In this document: piece after piece, positions 28,894-38,321 of the stretch
How the letters are laid out: every line of letters begins with the position of its first letter
Position numbering within the stretch: position 1 is the stretch's first letter
Assembly: GCA_002167285.1 (NCBI GenBank)
Contig: NHDG01000117.1
Span: 2,188-66,187 of the forward strand
Length of the DNA stretch: 64,000 bases
Source of the DNA: Planctomycetia bacterium TMED53
Lineage (GTDB): Bacteria > Planctomycetota > UBA8108 > UBA1146
Direction of reading: 5' to 3'
The notes under the pieces: model-generated
Databases searched by the model: none
Seen by the model: only the letters and a program-made list of their open reading frames with translations
What the model was told of the DNA's origin: nothing
Position numbers and translations under genes: made by a program

Positions 28894-30045
28894 ATGATAA
28901 AGCTGAATCTCAAATGGGTCGCAGCAGGTCTGGCCTTGTTCAATATCGGCGGATTGGCACTGCTGACCGTCACATTGTTGAACATGTATGGATTTACCGA
29001 AGAGGATCGAAAGCAGATCCGTTTGGTGAACCCGAAGGACTTCGAGATGCCTGCAGATACGCCGAGACCAGTTTCAAACCGTTATCAGACGGTGATACGT
29101 GATCTCTACAGAAAGAAGCCGGTGCCCCCCGTTGTACCAGTGAAAACTGAGCAGGAGCCTGAGCTTCCAGTTCTCGATGGCGGGCCGTTGAGAGATTGGC
29201 AAGTGACAGGAGTCATCATTTCTGAAGAGGGTCGAAAGTTTGCTACTCTCCAAGAGAAGTCGGCGAACCCTATCGGTTCAGCGACCACCGGCCGCAGAAC
29301 TACGACGAACTCGCGTCTACGAGGAACTACAGGAAGAACCTCTTCAAGAACGACGACTTCCCGTGGCAGAACTTCGAGTCGCTCGAGAGCTCCAAGTAGA
29401 CTTCCGAGTCAGAATCAATCGAGGGTGCGCTACATTGAACAAGGCCAAGAATTTCGGGTCGATGAGAATACTTACGAAGTTCTGAGTATTACCCATACTC
29501 CTAAGCAGATCACTTACAGATACGACAATCGTAGCTACACACTTCAAACCGAGGACGTTCTTGACCCGGTGATCAATGAGGTCGATGGAGGTTTGGTGCT
29601 GAAAGGCTACAGCCCTGAAGAATTAGAAACTCTGGGTCTCGGAGGCAGCCAACTTCCCGGGCGCGGAACGCCTCAACCTCAAAGGATTCCCAATGATTCC
29701 AGAGGAGCCATCAAGAATGGCAAAGGCCAAGATGTCTCTGGGGGAGCAGGCGCAAAGGGGAGTACCCCAGCAACGAACCGAACACCCACCAATACCCGAC
29801 CGACCCCGGCTAAGAATCAGCCGAGCAGATCCGGGTTGGGTGGATCCAATAATCAAAGGGGGCGTGTTCAGCCAGCGAAACCCAATCCGCGAGGATCAGG
29901 GCTTTCGCGGGAAACTTCCGAACAGAAACAAAGCCGCAAGCAACTTGAGGCCACTTTGGGGATCGATCTGGAAAAAGATCCTCAAGGTGCGATTCGACAA
30001 CTTGAAGGTTTGACAAACCCGCGCCCGCGATCGCGAGATCAATAG
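28894..30045 (+). CDS. Membrane-anchored protein, possible GspC/PilP-like (HR-domain) component with basic Arg/Ser/Thr-rich insertions
   Basis: N-terminal TM segment (WVAAGLALFNIGGLALLTVTLL). WQVTGVIISEEGRKFATLQEKS ... YIEQGQEFRVDENTYEVLSITHTPKQITYRY resembles the GspC/PilP HR beta-strand pattern. It is interrupted by GRRTTTNSRLRGTTGRTSSRTTTSRGRTSSRSR. SD aaagga lies upstream of the ATG. Confidence 0.4.
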   Translation: MIKLNLKWVAAGLALFNIGGLALLTVTLLNMYGFTEEDRKQIRLVNPKDFEMPADTPRPVSNRYQTVIRDLYRKKPVPPVVPVKTEQEPELPVLDGGPLRDWQVTGVIISEEGRKFATLQEKSANPIGSATTGRRTTTNSRLRGTTGRTSSRTTTSRGRTSSRSRAPSRLPSQNQSRVRYIEQGQEFRVDENTYEVLSITHTPKQITYRYDNRSYTLQTEDVLDPVINEVDGGLVLKGYSPEELETLGLGGSQLPGRGTPQPQRIPNDSRGAIKNGKGQDVSGGAGAKGSTPATNRTPTNTRPTPAKNQPSRSGLGGSNNQRGRVQPAKPNPRGSGLSRETSEQKQSRKQLEATLGIDLEKDPQGAIRQLEGLTNPRPRSRDQ

Positions 30046-30081
30046 AGAACCCGATTCATCTCCAGCGAGAGGAGTCCTGTC

Positions 30082-31827
30082 GTGGCATTGCACGCAGGTA
30101 TTGAAGTAGACGGTGGCATAGTCCGCATTGCTGTCTTGGATGTTTCAGCCAAGCAGACAGTGATCGTCGATTTCATCGAAGAAGCAACACAAGGAGATTC
30201 CTCTGATGAGCGCAATGAATCTTTGCGCAAGATTCTCAAGGAGAATCTGACAGGTGGTGATCGAGCTGGCTTGGAGGTTGCTTCGTCAATCCCGACCCGT
30301 TTGATGACTATCAGGGATATCGCTGTACCTTTCACAAAAGACGAGGTGATTCAAAAGACGATTCGTTACGAGAGTGAAGGCCACATCCCTGGAGTGTCGA
30401 TCGATGACCTCATCATCGATTACTTGAAATGTTCTGAAAATGAGGACTCAGCTCAACTGATCATTGGTGCCATCGATAAAGATTCGTTGCGCAAGCATTT
30501 GGACATCTTTAAGGACACGGGTCTCGATCCTGCGAGAGTGGAGATCGACGAAACCGCTTTGGCGACTTCTTTTCATGTTGCCCATGAAAAGCTGCAAAGC
30601 GGTAAGACCTTGCTGCTGAATATGGAAGCGGGTCACACCGATTTTGTCATCATCGAAGATGGGCGTATCGTTCGTCTTCGTTCGACAGCGAATCAGCTGA
30701 TACGTGATGCTTCGCCTGCTCTTCCGACCGCGGAGGAGATGGAGGTCAACGATCCCGTAGGTGAAGAACGCGATGGGAATGCTGACCCTGAAGCCGCTTT
30801 TGAGCAGTTGTTCGAAGAGAATGAGACTCCTGAGGTTGTCGAAGAACCTTTGGAAGAGTTGGCGATCGCTGTCGTTTCTGATGAAGAGTTCGATCAGCTA
30901 AAAGAGCCAGAGGTGACGCAGGGACGGCCAGTCTTTAGCTCAGACGAGTTGGTCTCCCGTTTGATTACGGAAATCCAAAGAACCTTTGCCGGGTACTTTC
31001 TCAGAAACCCTATCGACCAAATCGTTGTTTCTGGAAAAGTGTCGAAGGATTTGAACTTAGTTGAGAAGCTCTCTGAATCCTTTGAGCTTCCCGCGCATCA
31101 ACTCAGAGTTTGCGACAAGATCGAAAGCTCTATGGGGTTGGATAAGGTTGGTCGCTGTAATGAGTCTGGTGCCACTGCTGTCGGCCTCGCTTTGGGTGTC
31201 GCAGGGCAATCATTGACCGAATTTGATCTCCGCAAGGAGGAGTTTCGTTATGAGCGTCGCTTCGCGAAGTTGATCCCTGGATTGGTTCTGCTTGGGTTGA
31301 TTTTTTGCTTGTCATCGATCGCCCATCTGATTTCCAGTCATCGAGAAGGGCAATTGCGTCGTGCCGAGTACGAAGCTGTGCGCAGTAATCAGATGGAAGT
31401 TTATAAATCTCGATTTGGGGAAGAGCCCCAGCTGCGAGGCGCAGGGACTTCGATCTTGGCTGCAGCCCAAAGGAAGATTAACGAATTGAAGGGCGGCAGT
31501 GCTGGAAACAAACGAGCTCGAATTGATGAGTATCTGCCAATTGTCGAAATGATCGAAGACGTTTCAAAAGGGGTGACTTCAGCCCGACCCGAGGTGTATC
31601 CAGAGTGGCTCACTTTGGACATCAGTGGTTTGAAACGAAAAGACCAGAAGTCCACTGTGACGATGAGGGTCCCTGATGCGATCGCAGCGAACACGGTTGC
31701 AGGGGCTCTTGGAAACTCGACAAAGTTCTTCCGAATCGAAGATGATATCAAGGAAGATAAGGAAAATAAGAAACTGACCCTCAACCTATTCCTGTTGCCA
31801 GCAGTGTCCGGTGCAAGGGAGCGATGA
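30082..31827 (+). CDS. GspL/PilM-like actin-fold assembly protein with a TM segment and periplasmic C-terminal domain
   Basis: The N-terminal PilM/GspL-like region (AGIEVDGGIVRIAVLD...; LLNMEAGHTDFVIIEDGRIVRLRS) is followed by TM segment LIPGLVLLGLIFCLSSIAHLI and a domain of about 170 aa. GTG start with SD gagaggag. Confidence 0.6.
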   Translation: MALHAGIEVDGGIVRIAVLDVSAKQTVIVDFIEEATQGDSSDERNESLRKILKENLTGGDRAGLEVASSIPTRLMTIRDIAVPFTKDEVIQKTIRYESEGHIPGVSIDDLIIDYLKCSENEDSAQLIIGAIDKDSLRKHLDIFKDTGLDPARVEIDETALATSFHVAHEKLQSGKTLLLNMEAGHTDFVIIEDGRIVRLRSTANQLIRDASPALPTAEEMEVNDPVGEERDGNADPEAAFEQLFEENETPEVVEEPLEELAIAVVSDEEFDQLKEPEVTQGRPVFSSDELVSRLITEIQRTFAGYFLRNPIDQIVVSGKVSKDLNLVEKLSESFELPAHQLRVCDKIESSMGLDKVGRCNESGATAVGLALGVAGQSLTEFDLRKEEFRYERRFAKLIPGLVLLGLIFCLSSIAHLISSHREGQLRRAEYEAVRSNQMEVYKSRFGEEPQLRGAGTSILAAAQRKINELKGGSAGNKRARIDEYLPIVEMIEDVSKGVTSARPEVYPEWLTLDISGLKRKDQKSTVTMRVPDAIAANTVAGALGNSTKFFRIEDDIKEDKENKKLTLNLFLLPAVSGARER

Positions 31828-31828
31828 G

Positions 31829-32380
31829 ATGAGCGCAAAAGGAAGTACCAGCGACCTAACCCAGATTCTTCTGCTGACGCTGTTTCTTTGTTCAGCGGTT
31901 TTCGGTGCGTGGGGATTTTGGGTCAAGAAACAAGCCGCCGATTACCAGGCCGTCACTAAGCGTGAAGAAGGTAATCTGCTGCAGATGCGCGAGTTGCTTT
32001 CCAGTGCCGAAAGCAAAGAGGTGGTTCTTGAGCATCGTCGTCGCGAAGAAAGCAAAAAGAACGCCAGTAAAATCAGCGATGTCGTCATCGGTATTATTGA
32101 GACGATGAGAAATTCAACTGGACGTCCAGAGCTCAAGACTGGAAACAATGATGTCAAATCCTTGGCGGGGGGGATCAAGAAGCATATTTACACCGCTTCA
32201 TTTGAAGAGCGTCCACTCCGTGATCATGTGAGTTTCATCGCCAACATCCAAGCTCGAGCACCTCACCTCGGTTTCGAGAAGGTTAAAATTACCAATAAGT
32301 CTCCACGCAGTGAGTATCAGGATACCTGGGATCTGCAGCTGACAATCGTTAGCTTTGCCGGGGGTGAGCCCACTCGATAA
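31829..32380 (+). CDS. GspM/PilO-like bitopic protein (tentative)
   Basis: A single N-terminal TM segment (ILLLTLFLCSAVFGAWGFWV), a coiled-coil segment and a small C-terminal domain. The call rests on position directly after the GspL-like gene and on topology only. Confidence 0.35.
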   Translation: MSAKGSTSDLTQILLLTLFLCSAVFGAWGFWVKKQAADYQAVTKREEGNLLQMRELLSSAESKEVVLEHRRREESKKNASKISDVVIGIIETMRNSTGRPELKTGNNDVKSLAGGIKKHIYTASFEERPLRDHVSFIANIQARAPHLGFEKVKITNKSPRSEYQDTWDLQLTIVSFAGGEPTR

Positions 32381-32462
32381 GAGGATTGACGGAGTGCGCT
32401 GATCATTCGTCGGGTTGATTGAGTCTTTATTGTTGATCACCTGTGATAGGGATCAGCTTTAA

Positions 32463-34679
32463 TTATCTCGAGGCTTCGAAGAGTATCCCCTGACAACGAA
32501 GAGATTGGGTATCGACCCCAAGGATGAATGCTCCACCCCAAGTCGGGCTGGCCTGTTGGGTGAGTAGGTTTTGCCACGGTTCATGGTCGAGTGATTTACA
32601 CACCCTTTCGAGCAGGCCTGTGACAGGGTCAAAAATGCTCGCCTCTTTGATATCCATGCCGCCGTTATCTCTACCGCCGACGATGAGGACGCGCCCTCCC
32701 GGAAGTGGTGCGATTCCCGGATGAAGTGTTTCTTGAACCAATCGACCTACCGGGACCCACTCCAATAGTAAGTAGCCCCTACCATTGTCTTTGAGTTGCA
32801 AAACGAACCCTGTGCGACAATTGGAAGTTTGATGCGGGGCGAAAGGATCTGGGGTGGGGGGTTTACGTGTTCCCGCAACCAGCAGAGCCGAGCTTTCGTT
32901 GAGACCGGAGTCGATTCCCGGAAGCATTCGTAGACTTCGACGGGGGCCGGGGAGATCGGAATCTGAGCTCATTCTCAAACGTCGAAGGCTACGGGTACCC
33001 CTGCGGATTCGAAATGCTTCCGGTGCAGAGAGCACCCGGCAGTACTCGGCGGTAAATTTGACGTAGGGTGCACCCAGTGAGCCACCGTAGCCGCCATAGA
33101 TGAACAACAGCGGATCCTCCGCATCGGCGAGAAGAACTGAAGCATGTTGGTGGCGAGGATATGCCAACTCTCCGGCCTGATATGATTCTGCCCTGATCGA
33201 GCCGTCTTCAAACGATATGGAATCTTCGAGGATGATCACCTCGATGATTCCGTTTAATTCCCCCTCCAGTCGTCCACCGACGAGAACGATCTCATTTTCG
33301 TCGGCGATCACGTGTGCACTGTGTTCGAACCTGGGAGTGCAGGGCTGACTCATGGCGACCGGAAGAAAACTGGAGTTTTCAGAGTTTTGAACGAAGACTT
33401 CCGCATCATTGCGAACCTGTTTGCCATCCCAGCCACCGAAGAGCAGAACTAAATCATCCGCGGTTCCTGTGATGCCATCTTCGCCAGTCAGAATAGAGGC
33501 GGTGTGTCCCTTTCTGGGGTGCTGCATAGGAATCGGTCCGATATGCCCACCTCTGGGATTGAGGATCCATGCTTCGCCGAGGACTCGGGATTTACCGCTG
33601 GGACTTAAAGTCCTTCCGCCTGCGAGAAGAAATCTTCCTCCAGCGAGCGGTGTCAGTGTGGAGCCTTCCAGGGGAGGGACTCCCGAATCAAGATTCACTG
33701 GACTCCATGGATCGCAGTCTCCTTCAAGATCGACCACATAAGGTGCTGCGACCCCTGCGCCCCTCGAGGTTTGTAACTCGTTTGAAGGGAGGATCGAGGT
33801 TGAGGTGAGAGCCACTCCAGAACTGGAACCTTCATATTTGTACCTTGTGGGATCGGCGACTCCATCGATGGTCAGCATCGGTGAGGCGCCGAGAATCAGC
33901 GACGATTGCATCGAGGGATTGGAGGCGATCCAGCGGGCCGGAAAATTTTGATCGCCGAGGCGGTCCCCTGAGACAGGAAGGCGGATCAAATCGTCTGGTC
34001 CGAGGAAGGTGTCTCCGGGTTGGTGTATATCGACGCCTGTAGAAACCAACTTGTCCCACTCGAGTACCAAGAGGTCTTCCTGATTGACGGTTGAGCTGCC
34101 ATCTGTATCTACCCAGCGTGCACCGATCAGTTGAGCCGGCTCTACGGGGGAGGGGTTGATGACGATGGATTCACTGCTTTTCTTTTTGAATTGTGAGATT
34201 TCTGATTCGGGAAGGATCTGATTCAGGTTCACCGTTAACCTAGCCAGGTCTGCATTGGAGCCTTCTCCTCTAGTCAGCAGTGGAGAGAAGCCAGACTCGA
34301 GATAGATTCGCCATTCATTGAGGCGCTCGCCTTCCTCGATACGGTACTTTCCTTCAACGATATCGGGATGAGAGAATTGGAGCCCACTACTCGAAGGAGC
34401 TGGGAGAAGCATCGGTCTATCGAAGCTTAAAGTTAAAATTCCCTGGAAATCAGAATCGGCGATTTCGCTCGATTCAATTCGTGCGTCGATAATCTGCCAT
34501 GAGTCTGAAGGATTGCAGCCGATCACCGCCAACAAGGTCAGTGACAAGAGAAGCCACGAGATCGTTGATTGACAAAATGCAACAATCACGCAGTGTTGAT
34601 TGGAGTGTTCAGGGTGGCGAGAGGAATCGATCACCGAGATTACTTTCCAGGGTTCAGCCGAGGGCAGGTCTGGGTCCAT
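32463..34679 (-). CDS. Kelch-repeat beta-propeller lipoprotein (large)
   Basis: Lipobox LLAVIGCNPS and repeated Kelch signatures (HPRKGHTASIL..LLFGGWDG, PRFEHSAHVI..VLVGGR, PRHQHASVLL..IYGGYGG, PLPGGRVLIVGGRD). Start uncertain; the longest ORF extends to 34832 and would overlap the upstream gene. Confidence 0.6.
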   Translation of the reverse strand: MDPDLPSAEPWKVISVIDSSRHPEHSNQHCVIVAFCQSTISWLLLSLTLLAVIGCNPSDSWQIIDARIESSEIADSDFQGILTLSFDRPMLLPAPSSSGLQFSHPDIVEGKYRIEEGERLNEWRIYLESGFSPLLTRGEGSNADLARLTVNLNQILPESEISQFKKKSSESIVINPSPVEPAQLIGARWVDTDGSSTVNQEDLLVLEWDKLVSTGVDIHQPGDTFLGPDDLIRLPVSGDRLGDQNFPARWIASNPSMQSSLILGASPMLTIDGVADPTRYKYEGSSSGVALTSTSILPSNELQTSRGAGVAAPYVVDLEGDCDPWSPVNLDSGVPPLEGSTLTPLAGGRFLLAGGRTLSPSGKSRVLGEAWILNPRGGHIGPIPMQHPRKGHTASILTGEDGITGTADDLVLLFGGWDGKQVRNDAEVFVQNSENSSFLPVAMSQPCTPRFEHSAHVIADENEIVLVGGRLEGELNGIIEVIILEDSISFEDGSIRAESYQAGELAYPRHQHASVLLADAEDPLLFIYGGYGGSLGAPYVKFTAEYCRVLSAPEAFRIRRGTRSLRRLRMSSDSDLPGPRRSLRMLPGIDSGLNESSALLVAGTRKPPTPDPFAPHQTSNCRTGFVLQLKDNGRGYLLLEWVPVGRLVQETLHPGIAPLPGGRVLIVGGRDNGGMDIKEASIFDPVTGLLERVCKSLDHEPWQNLLTQQASPTWGGAFILGVDTQSLRCQGILFEASR

Positions 34680-34719
34680 ACGAATGTTGCCCCTCAAGGG
34701 GATTCGGTTCAAGTGGTGA

Positions 34720-35859
34720 TCAGCCGTCGTAGCCGAGTTTTTGCAGTGCGGTGATGATTTCTTGTTGAACCCTGTCAGAGGGATCCACACGGTCTCGGGC
34801 TTGAACCAGGACATTGATGGCTGCAGATCCATCGATGTTCAGAAGTGCTCTCACCGCAGAAATGCGCGTGGAAATGTTTTCGTCCTCCAGCAGGACCCTT
34901 TCGACCACGGGGATCGAATTGACATCCCTGATGCCACCGAGGGCACCGAGGTAGGATTGTCGAACGTAAGGGTTCAGCTCTTCCCCAAGGGCGGTCTCCA
35001 GTGTTTGCGAGTGGTCTTGCCCGCCATTCATTTTGAGGCCGTAGGCTGCGCGTTGGCGCACTCTGAAATGGGACGGATCTCGAAGTAATGCACCGAAGAC
35101 ATCGGTGTTATCGGCTGCACGGTCATGGTGGGTCAATGCTTCAACAAATCGATATCGATGCTGAATCGTATCTTCAGCGAGTGAGTACTCCCTGAGGATC
35201 TCCATCGATAACTCAGTATTTGCAAGTGCCAGGGCATCGATAGTGTGTTTGACTTCGCTCTCTTTATCCACTTCAACTGACCAATGGTAGTGGTCGATCA
35301 ACCCGACCAATGCCTCGTCAGATCCAATCTTGCCTAGCGCTTTGAGAAGAAATCGTCGATTGATGAAATCGGGTTCCTCCTTGAGCATGCCGACCAGCAT
35401 GGGGACATGCTCCGGGCCAAGGCCATCGAGCAGCTCCTGTAGATCACCTCGCGCGCGAGCGACTCGATGGGCGGTGGAAGCATCGAGGGCTTTACTCCAT
35501 TGGCACTTTTGAAACAGCTCAAAGATATCATTGGAGATTTTTTTGTCCTCCGGCGAGAGGGAGTCTAATGCGGAGGGTGAATCGTTCACTTCGGGCCCTG
35601 GTTCACCGATGGGTTCTGGTGAAGGTTTCTGGGGTCCTTCCGCTTTCGGAGTGGGTGACTCTATCGGAGTGGGATCCAAAGGCTTCCACAGTTGTGCAAA
35701 AAACCAGCCGAGGCACAGTAATGCGATAATCGCGACCCATTGCAGGAGGGCATTGCCCGATTCTGAAAGACCAAAAGAGTTAAAAAAGTGAGTCGAAGGG
35801 GAGTGGGCCTCCGATGAGGCTCCGACTCCCTTTCGACTCCACTGATCTTTTCGATTCAT
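34720..35859 (-). CDS. HEAT-repeat protein with an N-terminal membrane anchor
   Basis: TM segment LLQWVAIIALLCLGWFFAQLW and PBS-lyase/HEAT-like repeats (RRFLLKALGKIGSDEAL, VRQRAAYGL, YVRQSYLGALGGIRDVNSIPVV, STRISAVRALLNI). Confidence 0.6.
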   Translation of the reverse strand: MNRKDQWSRKGVGASSEAHSPSTHFFNSFGLSESGNALLQWVAIIALLCLGWFFAQLWKPLDPTPIESPTPKAEGPQKPSPEPIGEPGPEVNDSPSALDSLSPEDKKISNDIFELFQKCQWSKALDASTAHRVARARGDLQELLDGLGPEHVPMLVGMLKEEPDFINRRFLLKALGKIGSDEALVGLIDHYHWSVEVDKESEVKHTIDALALANTELSMEILREYSLAEDTIQHRYRFVEALTHHDRAADNTDVFGALLRDPSHFRVRQRAAYGLKMNGGQDHSQTLETALGEELNPYVRQSYLGALGGIRDVNSIPVVERVLLEDENISTRISAVRALLNIDGSAAINVLVQARDRVDPSDRVQQEIITALQKLGYDG

Positions 35860-35894
35860 GTAACTGATCGGTTCCTGTCCTTACAGTGTAACAA

Positions 35895-37787
35895 CTACGG
35901 CGCAATGATTTCGTTGGTGTTGGGCAACAGAATCACTTCGCAACTGATGGTTGCAGGTTCATCACCATAGTTGGGGAAGTAGCTAACCCCGCCACCGATG
36001 GAGACGACGCGATCGTCAACGGTGTCCAACAGTCCATCTTCACCAGGGATCACACTCAAGGTGTGGAGGCACTTCGCTTGAGCGAGCTGAATCAGAGGGT
36101 CGACAGCGACTCCGAAGTTATCGATGACGTCATCTGTGTAGGACGTATCTACATTGATAAATGTTCCGAAGATACCTGTCGGGTGGGTGATCGGGTTGAT
36201 AGTGGCTGTTGGATCCCAAGGGGGGTCATTCAAGAAGTTGAAGAAGGGGTCGTAGATGGTGACTCCGACCAGTCCATTGCTACAAGTTCCAACCATCGTT
36301 TCTTGGCAACCGTTGGGCGTTGGGAAGTCGAATCCGCCTCCGGCGGTCACTCCAACACCGGTGGTGATCACTTGACCGTTGTAGGTACGACGGGTGTTGA
36401 CCATGACCAAATCCGCTTCACTTCTCGCGAAGGGGCCGCAATTCATGGGATCTGCAACGATGTTTTCAATGTTGTTGGTCAAGCCAGGGGTGTCATTAAA
36501 CACCGTGAAGGTCAATCCGTCGGAGGGGCCAAATCCGGTGAAGGTTGCGACCACCAAATCATTGGCGCCGCCAGCGGTTGGGCAGGCGGGAGCATCATCG
36601 TCACCATTGGCGATCACCAGCAAGTTGGTCATCCCCGGTACGGAAGCGATATCCCCTGCGAGTGGATCGATTTCACCGTCAGGAGGATCGGAGAGGTCAA
36701 ACGCCAGGGTAGAATCGCGGACGACTCCTAGATTCAGCATCGCAGGAGTGTTGACGCGACCCTGCGCGACGATTCCTGCAGCCAGGCGATTGTCACCAGT
36801 AGTCACATCGTAGTATTCAAAGTTCTGAGAGTTGTCGGTGTCATTTTGCCACGGCAGTTTGAACTGGGGTGCAAAGATCGTCGAAAGGGTTTGGAACCCT
36901 CCGGCGTGAAGGATGATGTCATCCGTGGTTCCCAACTCATTGTCGAGGCCACCGAGTGCTCCGGAAGAATGGCCAACGCGTCCACGGGCACTGAGGAACT
37001 CAGCTTCCTGACCTGTCACCGTCAGTGCGGGTGAGAAGGATCTGGAAGCGGGATCGTAGATCTCCATCGACTTCAAGGAAGGGAACACATTGATCGTGAT
37101 CTGGAACCCAGGCTGCCCAGGAGCAAAGTTGGGGTCGATGATCGTTTCATTGCGCGACTCTTGGCCCCCGGCGATCAAGACTTTGCCGTTTGGTAACAAG
37201 GTTGCGGAGTGGCGGAATCGAGGGGTCGCAAGATCTGGGTCGATGGCTAAGGCATCGGGGCCAAACTCACGACTGCCAATATCGTAGATCTCTGAAGTTT
37301 CGTAGGCCTCTGCGAAGAGGGCATCGGCGGTGCCGCCACAGATGAGAACGTTGCCGTCGGGGAGGAGAGTCGCAGTATGGAAGATGCGACCACCTTGGCT
37401 CAGCGTCATGATGTCACCATCGACATCGGTATCGATGAAGTCACCGGAGATGGTGTCCGGGATCGGATCACCGAAATCGACGCCCCCACCTTGGTCGAAA
37501 ATCTCCGCGGTATCGAGGGAAGTGAGGTGACGTTCGTCGGTTCCCCCTGCAACCAAAACGGTTCCATCTCCCAGGACAGTTGCTGTGTGTCCATAACGAG
37601 GGGTGACCATTCCTGGTCCCCGGACCACAGCGTTGTCGTCGAGGAAAGCTGCAGCGTTATTGATATTGGGAATCGCGTCACCGGAACCGTGGCAACCTGT
37701 CAACGACACGACTGCCGCACAGAAGCACAGGAACAGGAGGGGGCTGAATCCAGAGGGATTCGGACGAAGATTTTTGAGAGGGCTCAT
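35895..37787 (-). CDS. Kelch-repeat beta-propeller lipoprotein
   Basis: Lipobox VVSLTGCHGS and Kelch repeats PRYGHTATVLGDGTVLVAGG, RIFHTATLLPDGNVLICGG, PRFRHSATLLPNGKVLIAGG, GRVGHSSGAL..ILHAGG. Confidence 0.7.
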   Translation of the reverse strand: MSPLKNLRPNPSGFSPLLFLCFCAAVVSLTGCHGSGDAIPNINNAAAFLDDNAVVRGPGMVTPRYGHTATVLGDGTVLVAGGTDERHLTSLDTAEIFDQGGGVDFGDPIPDTISGDFIDTDVDGDIMTLSQGGRIFHTATLLPDGNVLICGGTADALFAEAYETSEIYDIGSREFGPDALAIDPDLATPRFRHSATLLPNGKVLIAGGQESRNETIIDPNFAPGQPGFQITINVFPSLKSMEIYDPASRSFSPALTVTGQEAEFLSARGRVGHSSGALGGLDNELGTTDDIILHAGGFQTLSTIFAPQFKLPWQNDTDNSQNFEYYDVTTGDNRLAAGIVAQGRVNTPAMLNLGVVRDSTLAFDLSDPPDGEIDPLAGDIASVPGMTNLLVIANGDDDAPACPTAGGANDLVVATFTGFGPSDGLTFTVFNDTPGLTNNIENIVADPMNCGPFARSEADLVMVNTRRTYNGQVITTGVGVTAGGGFDFPTPNGCQETMVGTCSNGLVGVTIYDPFFNFLNDPPWDPTATINPITHPTGIFGTFINVDTSYTDDVIDNFGVAVDPLIQLAQAKCLHTLSVIPGEDGLLDTVDDRVVSIGGGVSYFPNYGDEPATISCEVILLPNTNEIIAP

Positions 37788-38189
37788 GCGTTCCGTCTCT
37801 TTCCTGGGAAGCAGGTTCTTTCCACTAGTCGAAAACCGGTCTTGCCACTGTTGTCAGCGATCGATACCCATCCTACACAGGAGCGGGTTCCTGGGCTTCA
37901 GATCTCTCGAAATCCCCGCAGAGATCTTTGGCGCAAACAGGTAGAAACCGGGTGGGGGACGGGCAGGTCGGGACTCGAAGAAAGGATGAGGCGGCGCCTC
38001 GCCAGCTTTCCCAACAAGACCGTTTCCCTACAAGCCAGGATTCTAGATCGGCCATTTGCAACTGTCTACCCAAGGCCAGTCTGCTCTTTTGGGTACAGGA
38101 GATGATCCATGCATCTCAATAGGACCATTCTACCCCCCGTGGAGCGCCGATGGCGATCTCGACGAGAGTTGATCCTCTCATGGGAATCA

Positions 38190-38205
38190 TGCAATTGTGG
38201 TGCCA
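38190..38205 (-). promoter_or_regulatory. Sigma54 promoter (consensus match) facing the Kelch-HEAT-Kelch operon
   Basis: The minus strand reads TGGCAC-CACAA-TTGCA, an exact match to TGGCAC-N5-TTGCA. It lies downstream of the gspJ 3' hairpin and about 400 nt upstream of ATG 37787. Confidence 0.7.
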
Positions 38206-38321
38206 AATCGCAAGTGTGTGGAAAATACTCTAATTGCCGATCTAAGCACACTGGAGGTAAGTAATCAAGAAATAGGCGTGCGGAAGTGGCACATTCGTGG
38301 GCTCTCTGTCAAACGAAAACC

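Noticed and set aside
37873-38073. 66-codon ORF inside the long leader of the Kelch operon.
   Set aside because: It has no SD-like sequence that I could see, a Trp/Cys/Arg-rich composition and no recognisable motif. It is retained only as something ribosome profiling could test.
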